Positions 26,584-32,000 of a stretch of DNA of 32,000 nt are shown piece by piece. This stretch comes from Pirellula staleyi DSM 6068. Its GTDB lineage: Bacteria > Planctomycetota > Planctomycetia > Pirellulales > Pirellulaceae. Where the stretch lies: positions 4,710,001 through 4,742,000 of the forward strand of contig CP001848.1 of assembly GCA_000025185.1 (NCBI GenBank). Reading direction: 5' to 3'. The notes beneath the pieces were generated by a model. The model saw only the letters and a program-made list of their open reading frames with translations, had not been told where the DNA came from and did no database searches. Position 1 is the stretch's first letter; the number at the start of each line of letters is the position of its first letter. The position numbers and the translations under genes were made by a program.

Positions 26584-26705
26584 TTGCACAACCTGTCGCG
26601 ATGAGCCAAAACCGAGCTCACGGTGTCTCTGGATCGTACAGCCGACCAGCTAACCTCGCTCCCTATTCACACCATCGCTTCTGCTAGCTCGAAAGACCTC
26701 ACGCC

Positions 26706-27635
26706 GTGCCGCGCGACTACCACCAAATCGTTTGGAGTCCTGCCGTCGAGGAAGATTGCCGCCGGATCATCCGCCTGGCAGTCTTGGAAGACTTCGGCCA
26801 GACCTACGACTGGACCACCGTCAGCCTCGTGCCCGAGGGAGTCGAAGCATCGGCCTACATAGCCGCCCGTAAGCCGGGGGTCGTGTCTGGACTCGCGACC
26901 ACCAGCGTGGTGCTTGAAGAAATGGAAATCCCGGCAAGCTTGGAGCTGTTGGCAAAAGACGGCGACCAGGTCGCAGCCGGCCAAAAGCTGGCCAAGATCA
27001 CCGGCGAAGCACGCGACCTTCTCTCCTCCGAACGAATCATTCTCAATCTACTAGGTAGACTTTCGGGGATCGCGACACTCACAAGGCAATATGTCGACGC
27101 GATCGCTGGCACCCATGCCCAGGTGTACGACACCCGCAAAACGACACCAGGCTGGAGAAGGTTGGAAAAATACGCAGTCTACTGCGGTGGCGGACGCAAC
27201 CATCGTTTAGGCCTGTTCGATGCCGTGCTGATCAAAGACAACCACCTCGCTTTTGGGACACAACAGTCGGCTGAGGAACGCTTTACGATTGCCGCTGCGG
27301 TCGAGAAATCGCGGCAATTTGTAGCCGAGTACCATGCTGGGCAAACGACGGAACCACTGATGATTGAGGTGGAAGTCGATACGCTGCAGCAGTTTAGGGA
27401 TGTTTTGCCAGCCCGCCCCGATATCGTGCTGCTCGACAATATGTCATGTGCCCAGCTGCGTGAAGCTGTCGCGATCCGCAACGAGCTAGCCCCCGACGTT
27501 CAGCTCGAAGCATCGGGTGGGGTGAATCTCTCGACGATTCGCGATATCGCCAGCACCGGGGTCGAGCGAATTAGCGTGGGCGCACTAACTCACTCCGCGA
27601 TCGCTCTCGATGTCGGTTTGGACTGGATTTCTTAG
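26706..27635 (+). CDS. nadC: Nicotinate-nucleotide pyrophosphorylase (quinolinate phosphoribosyltransferase)
   Basis: GTG start at 26706. NadC signatures are present: LAVLEDFG...DWTT, ARKPGVVSGL, ERIILNLLGRLSGIATLT, VYDTRKTTPGWRRLEKYAVYCGGGRNHRLGLFDAVLIKDNH, VEVEVDTLQQ, DIVLLDNM, LEASGGVNL. Confidence 0.88.
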   Translation: MPRDYHQIVWSPAVEEDCRRIIRLAVLEDFGQTYDWTTVSLVPEGVEASAYIAARKPGVVSGLATTSVVLEEMEIPASLELLAKDGDQVAAGQKLAKITGEARDLLSSERIILNLLGRLSGIATLTRQYVDAIAGTHAQVYDTRKTTPGWRRLEKYAVYCGGGRNHRLGLFDAVLIKDNHLAFGTQQSAEERFTIAAAVEKSRQFVAEYHAGQTTEPLMIEVEVDTLQQFRDVLPARPDIVLLDNMSCAQLREAVAIRNELAPDVQLEASGGVNLSTIRDIASTGVERISVGALTHSAIALDVGLDWIS

Positions 27636-27794
27636 CTATTTCTTAGGCTCCCGGGCCAAAAACCATCTTCGCACTAGCTCTTTCCCGCGAAACTTCGCGC
27701 CGGATACTCTTTCCTATTCTTCGCCGTTTGACAGTGGCCAGAACCGACCTAGGTTTTACTTGCAACCGCGCCTCGGGGAGGGGCGTTGGTTCTT

Positions 27795-27850
27795 GGCATG
27801 GCGGGGATAGCTGGGAGCTAGAGGGGACCCCGCCATGCCGTTTTTTTCTT
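27795..27850 (+). terminator. Strong rho-independent terminator-type hairpin between nadC and the pseudopilin operon
   Basis: A perfect 12-bp GC-rich stem pairs GGCATGGCGGGG (27795-27806) with CCCCGCCATGCC (27828-27839), followed by G and TTTTTTT (27841-27847). It lies 160 nt after the nadC stop and ~35 nt before the next ATG. Confidence 0.65.
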
Positions 27851-27884
27851 ACCGTTTCGAGGTTTGCGGCTAAGGCGACTACTC

Positions 27885-28520
27885 ATGACGTGCTGGAGTT
27901 CACTCGCGAAGTGCTCTGGTCGTCGGTTACCTTCATCGACCAGCCGCGCGGCGTTTTCGCTCATCGAAGCGATGGTCGCCATGACAATCGTCACCTTCGC
28001 AGCCTCCGTTTTGCTCCTGGGGGTCGAAGCTTCTCTCGGAACATCCACCGAAGCTGTCGACCGGGCCATAGCCGACGGCATTGCCCGGCAAGTGATCGAA
28101 GAGATCGTCAGCAAACGCTACGTGCAGCCCGGCAATAGCCCCGAAACCCTCGCGCTCGGGCCTGGCGGATCGGAAGAGAACGACGAAGACCGCCGCAACT
28201 ACAACGACACCGACGACTTTCATGGCTACGAAACCGACGGGCTGTTCGATACCTGGGGCATCGCCCTCGGTCGGGGAAACGAGGCGGGGGGCCTACGCTA
28301 TTCGACCTTTCGACTCCGAAGCAGCTACTTCACCAACTGGCGGATGAACATTCGGGTCTCGATGGTCAATCCCACGAACCCATCGCTCAACCTCACCGGC
28401 AGCAACACAAGTCGCGTGCGCGCCGCTGAAGTCACCATCAGCTACGAAAACAGCGATGGATCGATCATTCCCCTAGCTAAGCGGAGGCGTGTCTTTGCGT
28501 ACCTTCCTCCGCCTGCTTAA
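27885..28520 (+). CDS. Minor pseudopilin with prepilin-type N-terminal cleavage/methylation domain (GspI/PilV-like size class)
   Basis: The motif ...SRAA/FSLIEAMVAMTIVTFAASVLLLG has the F-x-L-I-E plus hydrophobic helix hallmark. ATG is at 27885; the track start at 27864 is a TTG. The rest of the protein is not recognised. Confidence 0.7.
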   Translation: MTCWSSLAKCSGRRLPSSTSRAAFSLIEAMVAMTIVTFAASVLLLGVEASLGTSTEAVDRAIADGIARQVIEEIVSKRYVQPGNSPETLALGPGGSEENDEDRRNYNDTDDFHGYETDGLFDTWGIALGRGNEAGGLRYSTFRLRSSYFTNWRMNIRVSMVNPTNPSLNLTGSNTSRVRAAEVTISYENSDGSIIPLAKRRRVFAYLPPPA

Positions 28521-29307
28521 TTCACGCAGCTCTCGGCTACGACACCAGCGACAGCGACGCGGGCTAACGCTCGCCGAACTGCTGGTTGCCACCACGGTCC
28601 TGGCACTCATCGCAGCTGCCATGGGGACTGTTTCGCTGGCGGTGCATACCTCGTCGACCTACTGCATGGGTCAGAGCACCACGCTGCAACACGCGCGCGT
28701 GGCGGTCGATCGGATTGAGCAGCACATTCGCTCGAGTCAGCACAGCGAATCGTTTCCCTGCTCAATCGTGATATCACAAACGGTCTCGAGCAGTTCATTT
28801 CCTGATGCGCTGGCGATCTGGAAACCGCTCACCACCGCGCAAGCTCCCACCGGGCTCCCGCGCGTCAGCGAAATGATCTTCATTGCTCCCGATCCAGCGG
28901 AGCCATCGCACTTGTATGAATGGCGTCTAGCCACCAGTAGCGCGACGGTTCCTAGCTACGGTTCCACATCCAGCTGGCGCACACTCCTTAGCACAGTTCG
29001 CAGCCACAGCGATACCGAAAAAGTGCTGCTGACCGATCGCTTATTCACCGCCATGGCATCGAGCACCACGCGACTCGGCTCAATTCGCTTCTACGTAGCC
29101 CATGCTCCCTCGCGAAATGAACTGACGAACTATCGCAATGGAATTACCTCTTGGAGGGCTTTGCAGTGGCCGCTCGACTTGTATGGAACCGAAATGGGGC
29201 TGCAACTCACCCGTGTGAATTTCGAACTTCAACTCGATCCGGGTGACGGCAGTGAAGTGATTCCGTTCTTCGGAGCTGCAGCGCGGAAAGGAGCGGTCTA
29301 CCGATGA
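28489..29307 (+). CDS. Minor pseudopilin with prepilin-type N-terminal domain (GspJ/PilW-like size class)
   Basis: The motif RRG/LTLAELLVATTVLALIAAAMG is present. The gene overlaps the upstream gene. Start is GTG 28489 or TTG 28495, the latter 7 nt after GGAGG. Confidence 0.7.
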   Translation: MSLRTFLRLLNSRSSRLRHQRQRRGLTLAELLVATTVLALIAAAMGTVSLAVHTSSTYCMGQSTTLQHARVAVDRIEQHIRSSQHSESFPCSIVISQTVSSSSFPDALAIWKPLTTAQAPTGLPRVSEMIFIAPDPAEPSHLYEWRLATSSATVPSYGSTSSWRTLLSTVRSHSDTEKVLLTDRLFTAMASSTTRLGSIRFYVAHAPSRNELTNYRNGITSWRALQWPLDLYGTEMGLQLTRVNFELQLDPGDGSEVIPFFGAAARKGAVYR

Positions 29308-30857
29308 TCCGCCGCTCGAGCATGCTGAAAAAATCGCCCCCTAAGCGTCGCACGCCTCATCGAAGGGGGATGGCAGTGGTCGTGGTGCTCGGACTGCTCG
29401 CCATCACACTCGCGCTTTCGTACTCCATGATGCGCGCTCAGTCGATGACACTTCTGGTGGAGAGAAATGTCAGCCGCAACACGCTCGCAGAAGATGCTGC
29501 CGATGCCGCGCTCAGCCTAGCAATTGCCCGCATCCACGAGAGCAGTTGGCAAGGTGTCGACGTCCCTTTGCGAGGCGATCTCGGGAACCACTGCAGTTAT
29601 GAAGTGACGTTCACCACGGGCGATTCGTTGCTGATAGCATCATCACCCAACTACAGCGATTTTCCTTACCGACTAACGATCACCGCCATCGGAAAGGCGG
29701 CTGATCCCCGCGATGCGCAAATCGAAGTGCGCCGCACAAGAACAGCTGTCCTTTCGCTCCGTCGTCGCGCCATCGCTTCGGCCCCGAGCAATTGGTCACT
29801 CGTTCAAAATCACTCCATTTTTCAGTGGGGGACCGGCACTAGTTCGATTCATGTTCCCTTTGAGTCGAAAGGTAACACCTGTTTTTTGGGTCAGCTGCGG
29901 ATCTGCCCGTCGTACCCGAGCACGACCTCTTCGCGACAACGCTATCTCTACGATCTCAACCAGATGCGTTTGGCAGGTTTGCCCGACTATCGACCGCTTC
30001 AATCGACAGTTCGGCTCACGTCGCGAACGACAAGCGATAATCGCGCGCTCGTGGAATCGCAGCTCGGTCTTTCCACCATCACCGATACCACCACCTCGAC
30101 TAGTTCGCCGGTGTCGCTCCCCTCGAGCGTGTCGACCTATCGCCTCTATGCCGGCGGCAAGAGCTACACCATCCCGACGATTCAATCCCTCTACGGCAGC
30201 ACCATCTCGGGACGAACACTCGAAGCCGATGTCGCCACCAATCCCCTCGGCGTGTTTCGGAGCAGTGGCTACCTCGGCCTCTCGAACAATGTCACGATTC
30301 GTGGGACCGTGATCTCCACCGGCACGAGCGACGACCTGGCCATTGTTGGGACGAACGTGGAGCTTGCGCCGCCGAAATTGCCTCGGCTTGAAAACGACAC
30401 CAGCGACCGCAAGCTAGCAGCGGCTCTGGTTCGCGATGACCTGGTGATCTACAGCGGCAGTCAGTCGACCGTGCGTGGGCTGGCAATGGTGTGGGACGAT
30501 TTTGATTTGAAAGGGGCCAACTCGACCTCGCGATTCCAGCTCGAGGGACATCTGGCCGCCTCGACCGTCCAGTTTGGAGGGCGCGCCGATTGGCTCTTGA
30601 GTAGCACCTTGTGGTCGATCTACCAAACACTCTTCAATCTGCAAAACACGTCCCCACCTGGTCCTACGACGATCCCCTATTTCCCCGCTTATCTGGAAGC
30701 TGCCATCGGAATGACGGTAGAACCGACCTTGACCGTCGAGCCAAATTCCGATGGAGTACTCGATCATTGGCACGATTTTTCGCAGCCGCTTTTCGTACCA
30801 GCATCGGGCGATAGTGGTCTGCTTTGGAACTTGGTGCGAATCGAAGACGGTCGCTAA
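29304..30857 (+). CDS. Large GspK/PilX-like pseudopilin-family protein
   Basis: Its ATG overlaps the upstream stop in an ATGA junction at 29304-29307. The basic N-terminus is followed by the hydrophobic helix RRGMAVVVVLGLLAITLALSYSMM, with no Glu at +5, as in GspK/PilX-type proteins. At 517 aa, no other family is recognised. Confidence 0.6.
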   Translation: MIRRSSMLKKSPPKRRTPHRRGMAVVVVLGLLAITLALSYSMMRAQSMTLLVERNVSRNTLAEDAADAALSLAIARIHESSWQGVDVPLRGDLGNHCSYEVTFTTGDSLLIASSPNYSDFPYRLTITAIGKAADPRDAQIEVRRTRTAVLSLRRRAIASAPSNWSLVQNHSIFQWGTGTSSIHVPFESKGNTCFLGQLRICPSYPSTTSSRQRYLYDLNQMRLAGLPDYRPLQSTVRLTSRTTSDNRALVESQLGLSTITDTTTSTSSPVSLPSSVSTYRLYAGGKSYTIPTIQSLYGSTISGRTLEADVATNPLGVFRSSGYLGLSNNVTIRGTVISTGTSDDLAIVGTNVELAPPKLPRLENDTSDRKLAAALVRDDLVIYSGSQSTVRGLAMVWDDFDLKGANSTSRFQLEGHLAASTVQFGGRADWLLSSTLWSIYQTLFNLQNTSPPGPTTIPYFPAYLEAAIGMTVEPTLTVEPNSDGVLDHWHDFSQPLFVPASGDSGLLWNLVRIEDGR

Positions 30858-30912
30858 CGTATCGATCGTAGGGATTGCACCCGCGAACACCCCGCCCCCG
30901 AGGAATAAAACC

Positions 30913-31164
30913 ATGCTGCGTCAACCTTCTCTCGCGTCAACCGGCTGGACGATCACGGCGCTTTCGCTGATTTGCGTGCTAGGTTTCTACAGCCTGGGAA
31001 CTGCCGCCCCCGCAGGAGGACAACCTCCGTTTGCGAATTCGGTGGAGCAGCGGGCCGAAATGGTGACCGAACTGCGCGAGATCAAAGAACTCCTGAAGGA
31101 GCAAAATGCGATCTTGCGACAGATGAGTAAAACCGATGCGAGCGCCAAGCCTGCAGCACGATAA
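30913..31164 (+). CDS. Small secreted protein with signal peptide and a short coiled-coil segment
   Basis: ATG at 30913 follows GAGGAATAAAACC. The signal-like N-terminus is MLRQPSLASTGWTITALSLICVLGFYSLGTAAP, followed by an amphipathic helix (EQRAEMVTELREIKELLKEQNAILRQM). The longer track ORF from 30751 lacks support. Confidence 0.5.
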   Translation: MLRQPSLASTGWTITALSLICVLGFYSLGTAAPAGGQPPFANSVEQRAEMVTELREIKELLKEQNAILRQMSKTDASAKPAAR

Positions 31165-31786
31165 GCCTTGTTCACTGCTGTTTCGCAGTGCACCCGCTCG
31201 TGCGCGCGGCATCTCGCTCATCGAAGTGCTGCTGGTTCTGGCCATTTTGGGAGTCGCCGCCGGACTTCTGATTCCCAATCTCTCGGCCGACATTCCCACG
31301 AAGCTAGAAGCCGCTGGAAATGTCGTGCAACTTGAGCTGGAGTATGCCCGCTCTCTCGCCGTCGCGCATGGAAGTAGCTACCGAGTTACGGCCAATGTCG
31401 TCAGCCAAACGCTAACGCTCGAACATAGTGGCGCGAGCACGCTGCTCGAAGTGCTCCCCTCCACACCAATGCGCCGCAGCAGCGATCCACCCGATCAGCA
31501 GATCCTAGCGATTCGCGAGATTCCTTTGGGGCAACCTCGCCCTGAATTGCTGGGAGGTGTCTCCAGCGGCAACACGCCCGTGCTTGCTCCGTCGGTCGAA
31601 TTTACCTCCGTCGGCAGCACCACAGCAGCGAGTCCGACTACGTTTTGGATTGCTGCGGGAACCGGAGACGAGCGACGCTTTCTACCGATCACCGTACAGC
31701 CGATCACGGGACTTGTGGAAATGGGGGAGGTTGTCGCCGCACTTCCGTCCGCTATTGCCAATGCTCTCAGTGATGCCGAGCCTTAG
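31136..31786 (+). CDS. GspH/FimT-like minor pseudopilin
   Basis: The prepilin-type N-terminus is ARG/ISLIEVLLVLAILGVAAGLLIPNL, followed by a GspH-style segment (LEAAGNVVQLELEYARSLAV). It overlaps the previous ORF by 29 nt. Confidence 0.65.
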   Translation: MRAPSLQHDKPCSLLFRSAPARARGISLIEVLLVLAILGVAAGLLIPNLSADIPTKLEAAGNVVQLELEYARSLAVAHGSSYRVTANVVSQTLTLEHSGASTLLEVLPSTPMRRSSDPPDQQILAIREIPLGQPRPELLGGVSSGNTPVLAPSVEFTSVGSTTAASPTTFWIAAGTGDERRFLPITVQPITGLVEMGEVVAALPSAIANALSDAEP

Positions 31787-31853
31787 TCGCCACACACAGA
31801 TTCCTTTAACACCCACTCCACCTGCCACTTCTGCACGATTCGAGCATACTGCC

Positions 31854-32000
31854 ATGATCAGCTGGCTTAATAACCGACGCTATGGACCGATCGGAATCGA
31901 TCTCGGGTCGCGTAGCGTAAAGCTCGTTCAGCTGTCGGCCGATCGCTCAAATCTGATCGATGCATCGCGATGGGATCTTCCCGCGCAGTCCACCGCTGAT
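31854..32000 (+). CDS. pilM: Type IV pilus assembly protein PilM, N-terminal fragment (continues beyond the window)
   Basis: ATG at 31854 opens an uninterrupted frame to the window end: MISWLNNRRYGPIGIDLGSRSVKLVQLSADRSNLIDASRWDLP. It carries the canonical PilM N-terminal phosphate-1 motif (IGIDLGSRSVKLVQL). This ORF is absent from the ORF track because it has no stop inside the window. Confidence 0.75.
   Translation, partial: MISWLNNRRYGPIGIDLGSRSVKLVQLSADRSNLIDASRWDLPAQSTAD

Noticed and set aside
20105-27635. A functional link between the TNT-type NADase gene and the NAD-biosynthesis gene nadC
   Set aside because: The two genes are ~6 kb apart and separated by an oppositely oriented two-gene operon. 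nadC is a ubiquitous housekeeping gene, so the proximity is most simply coincidence.
1-32000. Whether the window is a genomic island, prophage or mobile element
   Set aside because: I found no integrase, transposase, tRNA attachment site, terminal inverted repeats or obvious compositional break. Core metabolic genes (apt, nadC, an LplA-family ligase) are interspersed throughout.

Overview
This is a GC-rich bacterial chromosomal window. Gene content and protein style suggest a Planctomycetota (Pirellulales-like) genome, but that is inference only. All homology calls come from family signatures I recognise by eye in the translations; no database search was run. I found no rRNA, tRNA, CRISPR array, transposase or integrase. 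Housekeeping genes (apt, an LplA/LipB-family ligase, a YdeP/FdhF-type molybdopterin oxidoreductase, nadC, an AI-2E transporter, a fused membrane/spermidine-synthase-like protein) are interspersed with four less ordinary blocks. (1) At 1176-8396 there is a three-gene plus-strand operon. It encodes a covalent PilM-PilN fusion with a ~540-aa extracytoplasmic extension, followed by two large N-terminally anchored proteins. All three carry degenerate Met-Pro-Gly repeat tracts, and the first two end in Ala/Pro/Val-rich tails. No secretin, pilus ATPase, platform protein or pilin gene lies nearby. This is my best candidate for an undescribed envelope-spanning system. (2) At 18427-21102 there is a tail-anchored Pro/Gln-rich protein with an internal domain duplication, a membrane-anchored TNT/DUF4237-type NAD+ glycohydrolase domain protein, and a small membrane ORF. 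(3) At 21274-26441 on the minus strand there is an SbcD-like/SMC-like (YhaO/YhaN, SbcF/SbcE-type) pair. Its ATPase has a mid-protein transmembrane hairpin and a ~245-aa proline/lysine-rich tail with three LPDSW motifs. (4) At 27885-32000 there is a translationally coupled minor-pseudopilin operon followed by a second, canonical-looking pilM that runs off the window edge.
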